From a virus (Duplodnaviria; Caudoviricetes): 64,000 nt of DNA. The DNA lies in the IMG/VR virus record IMGVR_UViG_3300010365_001248, positions 64,001 to 128,000 of that record, one strand, 5' to 3'. Below, piece after piece: positions 46,434-60,352 of this stretch (position 1 is the first letter of the stretch; every line of letters starts with the position of its first letter). The position numbers and the translations under genes are program-made. The notes under the pieces are model-generated. The model searched no databases and was not told where the DNA came from. It was given only the letters and a program-made list of their open reading frames with translations.

Positions 46434-49400
46434 AACTATTTGTATATAACGTATTTAAGAAATCTATTATTGCTAATTCATCTCCTGTATATCTGATTTT
46501 GATTTTAATAAACCTATCTCGTAAAGGTACACTTTGAAGGTTTTGACCTTCGCCATAAGGACCCATTTGATAAATAGAAAGACTATCACGCCAATTGCTA
46601 AAATCAATATCATTAAGTCCATAGCCTATATCACTAAGAACTTCAGGGATTTGAACAAGTCCATTATTATATTTAATTTGATCATAAGCTTTAGTAGGTA
46701 TTGGTGCATTTTTAACTAGTAATGGTGGTCTATTTACATCATTCCAAGTAGATTGTTTAAACATATTATAATTAACTGGTTTATATTCATTTTTAAATAA
46801 AATATATAAAGGAGGTATATTAATATACCAAGTATCCTCAATATATCTCATATTACTATGAATTAAACTATTTGCATCATCATCACTAAAGTCTTTAAAA
46901 TCAATTCCTTTAATATGGTTACAATATCTAAATTCTTGTCTATTAGGATAATATGTAATTTCTCCTCCAGATAAATATCTATAATCTTTAGAAGTAGATG
47001 AAGTAGCTGTTACATAATAATCTTCTACCTCATTAATAGTATCTTGTCTAGCTACATAATGATGAGGTAAATCAATAGATACTTCATTCTATTCAGGCTA
47101 TAAAGTTAAGAAATTATTATTATAACAAATATCAGCACCATTAGCTTGCCATAAAGCTCGTAAAGCTTCTTGTCTATAATAAGCATTTAATTTATCATTA
47201 GAAAACTCATAAGCTTCTCCTACTACTTCAAAATGGAAACTTTCAGGTTTAGCTTTATTTGCTATTAATTGTAAATTCTAAAAAACTTTATGTTGATCGG
47301 GACGATCAACTACAATTACTTCAAATTCAAAAGGATGTTGTTTACCATACCAATAACAAGGGTATATTTTATCTGCAATATCTACAATTCCTGCAAAACC
47401 ATGTTTCCAAAAATCTGTAGATAAAAATTGTAAATTCCATTCAGGAATTATAGCAACCATAGACTCATAAGTACCTGCATTAGCATAATTAGATAAATCT
47501 TTATCTCCTTCAGTATAAATATAATAAGCTTGTCTTGGATCTAAATCATTTTCTAATTTAACTTTAATAGTAGCTTTTAAAGGCAATAAAGTGATTAATT
47601 TATCAGGATTAATCTATTTGTCTACACTATTATTTCTAGGTCTACAAAGTCTTTTATGATTTCTATTAATAAATATAGGTAGTTCTTCTACTGCTTCAAA
47701 ATATTCTTCAGGATTTTCAGTAGTATGTTTATCTTTATAATTATCCCAATCAGGATAAACATGAGTTGGTTGAGAATTTCTATAATATAATTCTGATTTT
47801 AATTCCCATAATCTATTAGCATTTACTAATAAATGGTAACCATCTTCTTGTTTATCTAATTCAATATATTGTAAAGTTCTAAAAGGATCATAATCTCCTT
47901 TAGTAAATTCTATAATATAATCTAACCCTTCAGGTAATACTCTATTAGATAAAGTTAATTTACCTAGATCATACCATTGTTGATCATTCGTTAATAAATT
48001 TTTACGAATAACAACATTATCACAAGTAATACCATCAGCAAAAGAATTTTCTGAATGACATTGACCTAATTTAGCAATCCATTTAGAAGTATTTCTATCA
48101 AAACTAAAAGGAATATTATTAATATTAGCCATAAAACTAGGCACCCAAGAATAGAAAGTAACAAAAGTTATTAATTGTTCATTCCAACATAAATTCCAAA
48201 CACATTCTTGAACACCATAAGTATCATCATAGAAAGTAAACATTACATCCTCTTTATAAGCATTATAACAAGTTTTAACATTTTTTAAACCTAAAATTGG
48301 ATCTAATTCTCTTTCGGATAAAGTAATATTACTATTTAAAAATTCTCCTACTTTAAAATCAGAAAGTATAGTTAAATTAGTACCATTAGTATACCAAATT
48401 TTTTTAGCTACAGTATCAACTCCATAAACTCCTTTAGGAGTAGAAAGAATAGAATCCTGCCATTGACTACCATAACAATCTGATATAACTATTAAATCAC
48501 TCAATACATTATTAGTATTTAAATACTATTGACCTGCTTTTAAATTTTCTAAAGGACCTTGAGGGTTTATTTGAATCATACTAATTCCGTGTTCAAATAC
48601 TACTAATAAATTATTATTTAAATTTACAATTTTAGTAATTTCTCCATATTCTCTAGTATAATCTTTATAAGCAGGGCCTTGAAATACTCTAAAACCATTT
48701 TTAAAGGCATCATTAACTTGAATATCAGAATACATTATTCTAGTACCAAACCAATTTTTAATAGCAGGTACGTCAGGTTCTTCATAATTATTTCTTTCAG
48801 ATAATGATTTTATAAATCCATTATTATAAGCTTGAGATTCAGGATGTTTATAGTTACCATCAGTATTCATATCATAATAAGGATAATAACCTCTAGGGTG
48901 CATTGTCATTGCCATTTCATCAACATTAGAATAATCTAAAGTTCTAATATTTAAATTTTTAGAAGAACGAATTCTAAAAGTAATCCACATTCCTAATTTA
49001 ATAGCATTAACATCTCCTAAATTTATTTCTCCATAGCTAGTAGGATCATTAGGATCATAATGATCTTTCCATGAACTACTATCTACTATTTTATCATTAT
49101 AAGGAGCTGAAGGATCTTGAAAATTTCTATTTAGTCTATGAGTAACTTGACATAAATAACAATCACCTCTATGTAAGATCCATTGATAACCTATTTGAGC
49201 ATTACTTGCAGCAGAAGTTAAAGAAGCATCTTTTTCTATTTGATTATCAGCAATATCCAGCATAGCAAATCTTTCTGAAATAGCCTCAAAAGGAGATTGA
49301 TCGTGCATACGAATCGCAAAATAATCTGGCATTTGTGCTTCATTATAATTAGGAATATAGATATTAACAATACAAGCTGGATTTAAAACATCTTCTTTAT

Positions 49401-52400
49401 CAGAATAGCCTAAATAAGCACCAAAACTTCCTCTAATAATTTCAGAATTTATCTTTTTATTATCTTTAGTAACTTGTGTTTCTCCATTAGAAACAACATC
49501 ACTATCATCATCATTATCATAGTCAGTTTGATCTTCAGCTGCTTTATAATCCTAACCAAGTTCTTCTATTCTAAAAGCTTCTTCAGCATATCCTGCTCTA
49601 CTTCTAAATTTAACTCCATCAATACTAACTAAAGGAACATCATCAGGAACTCCAATGATTTTAGCAGTAACATCAGAATTCATTCTATGAGTAGCAATTT
49701 CTCCTCTAAGATTAGGATTATTATCTAATAATAAATTAAATAATTTAGGATAATCTTCATATTTAGTTAGATAGAAATAATTAGGTTCTTCTAATCCTCC
49801 ATTAGTAAAATAGTTTGTTCTTTTAGTAGAAAGAATATTTAAACTTTGAGTATTAGTGAGTTTAATTAAATGATCATTTCCTGTAAAAATACTATTATAA
49901 AATGCCTAATCTGTTTCATAATCTGGACATATAATAGCATTAGTACGACTTAAATCAGGATTTTTAAGTATAGCTCTTTCTTTAAAATCATGAGTTAATA
50001 ATCTACTAGAAGCTAATTCTTTAATATCATGATATTTAGAACTATATTCTGGAAATCTATCTTTAATATTTCTACCATCAATAGATTCACCTGGATTTAA
50101 ACTAATTACATTTTCTTTTTTCAGTCGGTCATGACCTTTACCGTGATTAATAGCCTGAGCTATAGCAGCAGCTCCAGTACCTACAGCAGCAATTCCAATA
50201 GCTACTGCAGCTGTAACACCAGCAGCTGTTAAACCTGCTCCTAATGTACTTAAAATTCCCATTAAACCTGCAGCGGCACCTACTGTTGCAGTTCCTCCAG
50301 TAACAATACCGGCAGCAACACCTAATACAGCAACAGCTACAGCACAAGAAATTAAAGCTATTTTCTTGAATAAACCTCTACCATTAACTTTAATAGTATA
50401 TTGGTATCTAGATAAAAATCCTTCAGAAATATCTACTACATCACTAATATCTTTTATAATAGTATGACTTGTTCTTAATGAATCTTTAATCTGATCAATA
50501 AAACCCCCACAAGTAGGAATAACAGGAGTATGAGCTTCCAAATCAGTATTAATAGTAACACCTTGAGCTAGAATAGTAGGTATTCTTTTTTGTCTAACAA
50601 AAAAGTAGCCTTTTACTAATTTCTTTAATTCATTAATAGTTTCTTCATCAGTTTCTACTTTTAAAGCAAATATAGTATTTGTGTCTTTGGTATCATCATT
50701 ATACTCAAATCGAATAACTCCTTTAGAATTTTCTAAAGGAATTGTTTCTAAAATAGATGCGTCGTTTTCATCTTTATCAGGAATCAATAAATTAGTTTCT
50801 TCATCAATAGTAATATAATGTCTAGAACCATCTTTATTATACATATCATAATGTGAATATGTACATATATCAGAAATATTATCTCTTCCTCGTATATTAA
50901 AAACTGGAGATAATTCTCCATTTTTCATTATATAAACAATTCCTAACCTATATATTTGATCAGGAAAATAGCCCACAGAGTAATAAATATTTTTATCGTC
51001 ATAGTATCCTTTATTTTTAGACGTTATAACATAGTGTTCATCTATATTGTGATCATAATTTTCATATTCTACTTTAGGTAAAAATCGTAAAGATAAATCA
51101 GCTAAATCTTTATAAGGAATTTCTTCTTTCTATACATTTCCTAAGAAAAGCATATTTTGAGCTACTGTACCTGTTTTAGCATTATTAATAATATTATAAA
51201 ATAAATTAATATCTTGTAAGGTACGTGGTAGAACTTCTTCAAAACCAGTAATAGTTATATTACAAATTCCTTTATTATTTATAATAAATTTTTTATCAAT
51301 TTCTCCATAAGAAATAGCTGCATTCATATTTAACTAAGAAGAAGCTTTAGAAAAATAAACTTTAACATAACTATAAGCTTGATCTACATTAGTTAAACGG
51401 AATTTAATTAATTTATAAGAATTTTGATTTTCACTACCAGTAGTAGCTTTAGTATCAAATCCTACAAATATACTAACTAAACCAGATTCTGCACAAAAAT
51501 CAGTTTCATTACCATCAGCATCTGTAAGTTTAAAATAAAAATGATAATTACCTACTTGTAAATTACCTCCAGCTAAACTACCTAAATATTCTACTTTAGG
51601 GATATTTATAATAGATTTATATAAATTAGTATCAATTTCAAATTGATCTCCCTAATCATATATATTAGTATCAGCATCTCCTTTTCTATCTACTATTTCA
51701 TAGGTATTTTTACCTGTAGCACTAAAACGTGAATTAATTAATTTTGGAATTTGTTTACCATCAGTTAAAATTAAATTAACTGAGCCATCATAACTATATT
51801 GAGGAATCATAGTTACTGGATGTTTTAAATCAAACTATAATTCATCTGTTATAAAATCAACTAATTCTCCAGGCTATCTTGAAATAATAGTAGTATCTGA
51901 GGCATTTTCCCAACCATTCTAAGCATTAACTGTTTCATAAGCTAAATTCTAAAATTTAATACGTAAATGAATAGGGATTAAATTATTTGTAAAATCTAAG
52001 AAATTATTAATTTCAGCTAAACCTATATAGACATAGTAATAATCTCCTACTGAATATTTATAAGTATTAGGATCATAAGTAACATCAGCTGAATTAATAG
52101 AATAAAAAGTAGCTAAAGTAGATTTTATATCATTTATAGTAGCTTCTGAAGTTGCTTCTCTAATAGGATTTAAATATACTATATCTATAGTTTCATAATA
52201 ATCTTGTCCATCTTTTTCGTATTTCTTCTATTTTAAAAATAAAGCTGTATTTTCTTTAGAATAATATTTAGGAAAAATATTAAATAATTTTTTTAATTCT
52301 TCTATTGAATATAAAGATCTATTATATTCAAACATTGCTTTTGTTAATCTATAATTACGAAAAGCATTATATTCATATACTAATTTACCTTTTTGAGGCA

Positions 52401-52461
52401 ATAAATGATATAGAACATTTACTCCTATAGGTTGATTAAATAGTGTTATATAATTTTCCAT
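46426..52461 (-). CDS. Tail stabilisation (P22 gp10-like / muzzle-like) protein (2011 aa, TAG=Gln)
   Basis: Seven fragments in one frame. NMLFLGNV, GYFPDQIYRLGIV, RIMYSD, YGEITKI, YGSQWQDS, FVTFYSW and RDRFIKIKIRY recall crAss tail stabilisation proteins. Lies directly upstream of the cargo genes. Confidence 0.72.
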
Positions 52462-55400
52462 TATTCCATTCTTTTATAAGGTATAGATAAAGTTCCTGCC
52501 ATTGAATTACCAAAAATAGGAGAATCAAATAAATGCCATGCATTATCATGTTTATAATCTTTAGGTAGTTCATTTCTAACATAATAAGCAACAGTATTAA
52601 GGCTAGTTTCCCAATTCCAATTATCATAATTAGAAATAATATCAAATAATTTAATTCCTCCACTATCACAATCAGAATTTTCAATAAAATATTTAGTATC
52701 TAATCCTGCTAATTTATAATAAACTAAAGAATTTGTTATAGGGTAACATTTATTATCATCTGGATCTTTATAATATTCCTAATCTGAAATAAATCTTTCT
52801 ATATAAGGTAATTTAATTTTTAGATTTTGTACTGTTTGGGCATTTCCATTATATTTAAATTGCACACAAGGTTTAGTTAAATCTTTATGTAATATATTAG
52901 ATATTTCAGAAATCCATAATTTAGAATTTAATAACCCTATATAAATATCTGGTTCAGTTTTCTAATTAATCTAAATAATTAAATCTTGTAAATTTTGAAT
53001 AAATCCAGTATTCTATAAAATTTGTGTAATAACATCAACTTCAGATTCTAAAGATGTTTTTTGTTTATTAATACCATAAATAACTGCATTATAACTTAAA
53101 TATTGATATTTTGCTACATCTTCAGCAGTTATTTTAAATATATAATAATTATTTTCATATTTATAAAATCTTAAATTTTGTTTTGGAGAATTAATTATAC
53201 TAGGATTACTATCTAAATGTGCCCAAGAAGTACCTCTATCCCTTCTATCTTCATTTCTAGCATATCGATGAAAACACAAAGGATTACCTCTACCAGTATC
53301 ACTATTTTTAGCATCCCAAGAATGAGGAGGATTCTAAAATTCAGCAAACCAATCATTACCTATATACTGATCCATATGATTTCCAATTACACTATAAAAT
53401 GTTAATATACCTAACTAATTACTTTCTAAATTTAGTAAAGACATATTTAAAGGAGTTCCTCCATGTCTAAACCACGAACCAACAAAAGTAGAACTCTCAT
53501 TTAAACCTCTAGGATTTATATAAACTGCAGACTATTGTCCACCATTAATTTCAGCTATTTTATTTTGTCCTATTCTATCTAAATAAAGATCTGTTTTTAA
53601 TCTAGTTTGAATCGTTCCATCTAAAGTACGCATATCATTTTCTGAATCAGTTGCCCAAATAATAGTTTTTATAGGGTCTTCTGTATTCCATATAAAACAA
53701 GCATTACAAACATGCTTTTCTTTCCAAGGTTTTTTATCTACTAAATAAACAGATTTAGTTTGTTTTTCAGGAATAGAATCATATTCAAATACTCTCTTTA
53801 AATCTTCTTTTAATTTTAACTTTAACTCACTAGTAGATTTATTAGTTAATTGTGAATTATTTATTTTTTGTCCAGTAAACTAAACAGTATCTTGATAATT
53901 ACCAAAAGATGGATAATAATTAATAATTTCAGAATTAGTATTAAAATCCTCAGTATAAATATCCCAATTTACATAAGATTCTTCATCTTTATCGGTATCA
54001 TCTATATTTAATATAGCTAGATCTCTATTCCATTCTTGAATATTTTCATTTACTCCAAATGATATAGAATCAATAAAAGAAGCTACATTAGAAGTATTAA
54101 AAAATAAAGTTTTATAATTATTAACTAAATCAGGTAATATAGTGACTGTAAATGGATTATTTTCAGTATTTTCTGTATAAATAGTTGTTTTTTCGTCAAT
54201 TACCTAGGTTTTAGTTTCTGGAGCTGTACCTTGTATATAAGCATTAACTGATAAGTCTAAATCAAAATCAATATCATTGTAATTTAATATATTATTATCA
54301 AAATAATAAGTATTAAATTTATTATTAGTCCAATACCAATAACCCTCATCAGCTGTAATATAATTACCAGGTTGTTCTTCTTCATCCCAAGATACTGTCA
54401 CATAATATAAATAATAAGGGTGTAATCCTTCAGGTTCAGATTGATCATGATAAGCATATTGAGTAATTCCTGCCAAATTACCTAAATCATCAATATAATT
54501 AGTTAGAGGAATATTTACATTTTTATTAGGTAAAAAAGTAATACCTGTAGTTTCTGAAAGATCTAATCGAGTAGCTGAAAATTTATTTGGATGATTAGGA
54601 TTTGCTTGCATTCCCTCATGTAAAGATCCATCTAAAGGAACTATTACTTGAAAGGTCCCATTATAAGAAATCATTTTAGGTAAAGTATAAGTACAAACTT
54701 CTCCGTATAAATCATAAAAAGTTAATTTAATAGTATTTAAAGTATGCCCTACACTATTATAAGAAGTCATATTTATATTTAAAGTAGATTGATATTCAGT
54801 ATTATAATATTTAAAAGAATTAATTTCTTGTTTATAAATACCTATCTACATTAAATCAATTTCTCCTTCTACAGCTAAATTATCTAAAATACCATAAGGC
54901 ATAATAGGAGCTATTTTATAGTGCCATACTAAACCTGATAAACATTGATATTTATCTTGATTTTTTAATGGAATTTCAAAAGGATCTGTATTTTTTAATA
55001 TAGGTAATTTAAATAGCTAAACTAATAACTAATCAGTAAGTTGACTAGTATTCTTATTATCATCCCTACCAGGATCTACTATATAAGGCAATTTTTTAAT
55101 TTTTAATAAAGTATCTACTTCATTTGCTTTATAATCAGAATATTGAAAAGAATATTCTTGTTCACTATATTTTTTAGTACGCTAATTAAAATAAGATTTA
55201 TAAGTAAATTGTTTACTCAATAAATTTTTAATGGTATTTTGATTTTCTGGAAATAGTGGTACTATCTAATCCTAACCCTAATTATCTTCTTTTAATATAA
55301 CTACATTAAATTGATTGTAAACATCTAAAGCATATTTATCTAAATATTGTGAATAAACTCCTTTAAACGTTTCTGGGTGATAATTTAACGAAAAAGAATA

Positions 55401-55652
55401 AAAAGGATCAGTTGAATATTCATATACTTTTTGAATAGTTTTCATAAATGAAGGAATTGTCCAAGAATCTTCCATATAATTTTCTGTATTAACTTCTGTA
55501 AATTTCACAGTATAAGTATTTCTATCAGCAATATCTTCTCCATTTAGTTTTGTATCTAATAAAACCCAACCTATAGGGTTAATATTAATATTTTCAGATT
55601 CCCATAAAAAACTTAAATTTAGCTATATTTGTCTTTTTAAAGTAGTTGCCAT
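52461..55652 (-). CDS. Large tail-associated protein (1063 aa, TAG=Gln); possibly the C-terminal half of a split gene
   Basis: ATG 55652 (MATTLKRQ) to TAA 52461, TAATG-coupled to the next gene; three track fragments in frame. Confidence 0.7.
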
Positions 55653-57097
55653 GAGAATGTATTTGAATTAACTAAAATCTATGTAATAGGTACTTCTAAT
55701 GTAACAGATTCTGTAGTTCCTATTACTTCTTCATTATTATTTAATACATTTATAGAAGGAATGGTTAAAGAAAATGAAACTGATGATACAGGAATATCAG
55801 GGTTTGCACATAAAATAATTGAATTTTTAGGTAACAATTTTTTTAAGTGAAAACAATCATTATCATAATAAATTTCTTTGTACTAATCGGATGCTAATAT
55901 ATTTAAAATTTCTTCAGGAGTAGTATCTTCTATTTGTTGTACTAAAGTTCCATTTAAAACACAATTATTTAAATTAATATTTCCTTCCCAATTTACATCT
56001 GATAAATTTAAAGTAGTATTATTAATAATTCCTTCAGCATTAAATATTTTTAAATTTAAAGGAATTGTACATTCATTATCTGCATAATATTGTACTTCTA
56101 AAGGTTCAATTGTAAAGTATGGTAAATTTAAAGTACTTTCTGTAATTACACAATTTTGTAATATTTCAGAATTAAAAGATAAATTATTAGACGTATTTTT
56201 TTGTTTAATACATATAGCAGATTTAAAAATATCTCCTTCATCTTCATAGTATACTATCTAATATTGATATTGTATATCATTATTATTTAAAGATATAATA
56301 TCATTATTAATATTTGTAATTTTACCATATATATTTAATCCAAAAATATCTGTATCAGATAAAGTATCTCCTATAGTTAAATCTTCTAATAAATTTTTAC
56401 TTTCTACAGATTTTGCTTCTATTTCAAGATATTTTACATTTAAAGTATTTACTTGAATATTATCTGAATATAAAGTCTAAGTAGAAAGAGGAGCATCTAT
56501 TTTTATAGTCTAATTACTATTTATTGTATTTACAGTTAAAGTATCAAATTCAGCATTACTTTGAACAGGATTGTTCTAAATTATAGGAGTTAATAGTTGG
56601 TTTTTATATATATAGGGGGTAGAATCTTCTAAAATATATACTAATCCCTCAGTTAATTTAGAAGCTAATACTGCCTATTTAGTTTCAAAAATTAATCCTA
56701 TATTTTTTAATACTCTACTAAACTATTCCTCATTTAATTGTTGTTCTTCCATAAAAGAAATAAATGAAGAAAGATCTTGATTAATATTTATATGTTTACT
56801 AGAATTTCCTATAAATATTTGATTATCCTCAGTTATATAAATACCATTAGCAGAACCTATTTTAGATTCATCTTGAATATATTTTAAATCAATACTAGAT
56901 TCTGTATTAATTTTACCATTCTTTAATAAATCTATAAATTTACCTCCCCATTGAATTTTAATATCTCCTTTTGTACGAAGAATTAAATTAGAATCAGAAG
57001 TACCTAATTCCGAATAAGATTTACCAAATTGTGTTTTTTTAGAAGTAATAGATTTATCTATTAAATCTTGAATTTCATTTTCTAAATTTTTATCCAT
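55637..57097 (-). CDS. Putative tail fibre/hub-associated protein (486 aa, TAG=Gln)
   Basis: Frame scanned open from 57097 to TAA 55637. N-terminal FGKSYSELGTSDSNLILRTKGDIKIQWGGKFIDL; beta-rich body. Confidence 0.65.
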
Positions 57098-57926
57098 TAT
57101 TATTTACTTCAATACCAGATACTGTACAAGTAAAACTTGTGGGCATTTCTAACTTTATTTGTAAAGCTAATTTACCTGGATATTTACTATTAAATACAGC
57201 ATAACCATCTGATAATAAATTTCTATAAGCATCTAAATTTGGCTATTGAGCACTAGAAGTTTTATTCTGAGCTAAATAATAATCAGGTGGATTAAACCAT
57301 TTTACAGTGCCTCCTAAATCAACTATTTTAGAATTATCATCTATACAAATAATAGAAATTCTAATTAGTTTAGGAAATTTATTAATTTCATGAGCATCAT
57401 TATAAAGATCAGTTAAATAGGTAATTTTTTCAGTATCATTAGGTGAAAAAACTTGTGTAACATCTTTATCTAAAGAAATTAAATATTGATCTCCTGGATT
57501 TAATTTAGATAATCCAATCATATAAGTTTGCTCAGTATTTAATAATTTACCTGTAGCTTGATTATTAATTATTTCCTAAAAAGTATTACTTATAGATACA
57601 TCTGGTTGATCTAATTCATCTGTAGAAATATTTCTTTCAGGAGAAGGAAAACAACCTATCTAACATTTATTTTCTAAAGGATTATAAGAAGTTATATATA
57701 TAATATCTCCAAATTCACAAACTCCTACTGGAATGAAACCTGTAGGTAAAAAGGCTGTTTCTACTCTACCATTACCAAAATCATTTTGTAAAGCAGATTC
57801 ATTACCATTTTTAGTAATTAATGTAGCATTTAAAGCGGACACTAACACATCATTTGGAGTCTGTAAGGGATTTAAGTCCATCACTAATCCTTTCTAAAAG
57901 TGATTGCTTGCTATCTGTTGAGACAT
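57090..57926 (-). CDS. Tail stabilisation-like protein, N-terminal domain (278 aa, TAG=Gln)
   Basis: MSQQIASNHF(Q)KGLVMDLNPLQTPNDVLVSALNATLIT...LQNDFGN...IIYITSYNP...(Q)IGCFPSP resembles crAss stabilisation-protein N-termini. TAA 57090. Confidence 0.68.
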
Positions 57927-58494
57927 GTTTTTTACATTTTAATAATTCGTATCTTCTATTAGATACCATTAAATCTTTAAAAGGAGTTTTAGGTTTAAAT
58001 TTAATTAATTGAGGTTTAAAAACAACCATCTTTTTTCTATGAATACAAAAACCTAAATCTGTATCCCATTTTACTTTATAAAGATAAGCTTCTTGTAAAT
58101 TCATAGTTTCAATAAAATCTAAACTTTTACATAATATTATATCATGTAATATATAACCTCCTCCAGTTCTTGGATATTTATAAATATAATCATTTAAAGC
58201 AAAATAATAATAATTATCCCAAACTATTCTTTTCTTTTTATATAATAATTTTAAACTTTTTTGTAATCTCTATAAATAATTATATTTAAAAAATTTTTCT
58301 GTATTTAAATTAGTACCAATATTTACTGAAAATTGATTGTTAACACGGGTATAAATTTTACAATTATTTCTAGAAAAATCTAGAATATTAGTAAACATTG
58401 ATAATAATAATCTTTTTATTTCTTTCTCAGAATACTATGGAAAATGCTGTTTTAACTAAGGAATATAATCATAAATAGTTTTAATTTTAATCAT
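57850..58494 (-). CDS. Basic hypothetical protein, possibly IHF-like (214 aa, TAG=Gln)
   Basis: ATG 58494 with ATGA coupling; MIKIKTIYDYIP(Q)LKQHFP(Q)YSEKEIKRLL. Position matches the crAss IHF-like pair next to the tail tubular gene (inference). Confidence 0.55.
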
Positions 58495-58892
58495 TTAACT
58501 AAAGATTTATCATATGTTGTTTTAATTAATTTATCCAATAAAGTTCCTGATACTCTAAAATGAATTTCTTTATAAGAATTATTTTTTTCTGTTATAAATT
58601 TTAATTCATAAGCTGTAAAATTTGTTAAAAACCAATCTACCCAATTAAACCCTCCTTTTTTATAAATTTGTTTAAAATCCTCTCCTTCAATCGGATTTAA
58701 AAATATAGAAGCTTTATATCCTCCTGTAGTAGGTAGATTAAAGTGTGTATCATTTTCAATAATATCGGATAAGATTATTTCAAATGCTTTATTTACAAAT
58801 TCTCTTTTTTCTTTTTTATTTAACTTTTGACCTTTATAAGTTAAAAGTAAATCAGAAGCACTAATTTGAGAACCATATAATTTTGTATACAT
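58491..58892 (-). CDS. Hypothetical protein, possibly IHF-like (133 aa)
   Basis: ATG 58892 preferred because the track start at 58907 overlaps a terminator; FEIILSDIIENDTHFNLP. Confidence 0.55.
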   Translation of the reverse strand: MYTKLYGSQISASDLLLTYKGQKLNKKEKREFVNKAFEIILSDIIENDTHFNLPTTGGYKASIFLNPIEGEDFKQIYKKGGFNWVDWFLTNFTAYELKFITEKNNSYKEIHFRVSGTLLDKLIKTTYDKSLVK

Positions 58893-58905
58893 TATTAAAT
58901 TAAAC

Positions 58906-58934
58906 AAAAAAAAGGAGTCTTGAAAAAGACTCCT
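58906..58934 (-). terminator. Intrinsic terminator after the tail tubular gene
   Basis: On the - strand: aggagtctt-tttc-aagactcct followed by a U-tract. Confidence 0.85.
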
Positions 58935-58937
58935 ATG

Positions 58938-59624
58938 TTATAAAGTAGGTTTAAAACTTTTATGGTATAATTTATTTGGCATTCTAGATAGTGCATCTAA
59001 AATTTCATCCATATTATTTTGATTAACATATTCAGGCTATCTAGCTTGAGTACACTAATCTAACCAATCATTTTTTAAAACCTAACAAATCTATCCTGCT
59101 TCTTTAGTTTTATTCTACATATATTCTTTCCATTTACATGTATAAGCTATATAAGTAGCAATAGCCTATGCTTCTTGATCAGTTATTTCTGGTAAACCTT
59201 CTTCATCTAAAAGTTCTCCATAAAAAAGAATATTAATATGAGAAAAACAAGGATTTACATATAAACACTATTTTTCTTGTCTATAATGTATAAATCTTCC
59301 AGGAATATAGGTTTGATCAGTTTCTTTTTTTCTGCTTTCAATATAATTTTCTGTAATACCTGAAAAAGTATCTTCAAATAAATGAATATTATCAGATATA
59401 TTATAATCTTCTCCATTCACTGTAACTGCTTCTATTATATCACAATTACAAGGTAAATTTACTACACCGTGATGAACAGGTAAGACTGCTTTATATAACC
59501 TAGTTCTCTTGTTTCCAATTTTACCGAAAGCAATTAGTCCAATTTCAATTAAAGTATCTTCATCATTACTTTTAATACCAAATAAAGTAGAAACTAATGA
59601 TAAAGCATATTTAAAATTATTCAT
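58938..59624 (-). CDS. Tail tubular / ring protein (P22 gp4-like; 228 aa, TAG=Gln)
   Basis: LPCNCDIIEAVT, ELLDEEGLPEITDQEA(Q)AIATYIAY, MDEILDAL...KSFKP; TAA 58938. Confidence 0.7.
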
Positions 59625-60352
59625 TAATTACCAGTATTAAACTCTTGATTGTTTGGCTCATTAGCAGGAGCTAATTGTCTATAATATTTGAGTTTTTCTT
59701 CTACAAGAGTATTTTTTATTTCAATATCTATAAAGCTTAAAATATCTGTACCTTTAGATTTCTATTCAATTTCATTAATATTAACAGGTCCATCAAAAGT
59801 TTTAACACAACAATTTTCAATTTCATCTACTTGTCTAGGATCTTTAAAAGCAGCGACAATTGAAACTTTTTGTAAAAATGGAGCATTAAAAACAAAACAA
59901 TCTAAAAAACCTTTTTCATTAGGAGTAGTATCAATCCAAACAAAAGGTTTATTTTTGCCTCGCTTTCTATATTTTAAAGTATTATATTCAATTAAAGAAG
60001 TTACTATAGTAAAAGGATAAATTCTATCTGTAGAACCTATATAATTAATAGCTAAATCTCCTAAATCCCAAATAATTTGAGGAATCTAAAAATGTATTAT
60101 TTTATCTTCACAAATATTATCACATTTACAACGATCTAAAGCTTCGCAATCTGTATTAATACAATCTATAGAAAGTAAAATATCATTAATATCTAATATT
60201 CCTTCAAGAATATATTTTTTAATAATACTTAATCGCATTGCTACTACTTCTTCTTCAATCTATCTTCTACTTAATGCTAAATTTTGATGATAACCTTTTA
60301 AACCAGAAACTACATCATTTATAATGGCAGATGTTAATTTTTCTATTCGCAT
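59624..60352 (-). CDS. Conserved structural (ring-like) protein (242 aa, TAG=Gln; absent from ORF track)
   Basis: MRIEKLTSAIINDVVSGLKGYH...YIGSTDR...KPFVWID...AAFKDPR...YYRQ; TAATG coupling to the next gene. Confidence 0.7.

Noticed and set aside
50147-50347. Cys-rich 66-aa ORF resembling a metallothionein
   Set aside because: It is an alternative-frame reading of the GCT/GGT-rich Ala/Gly segment of the tail protein.
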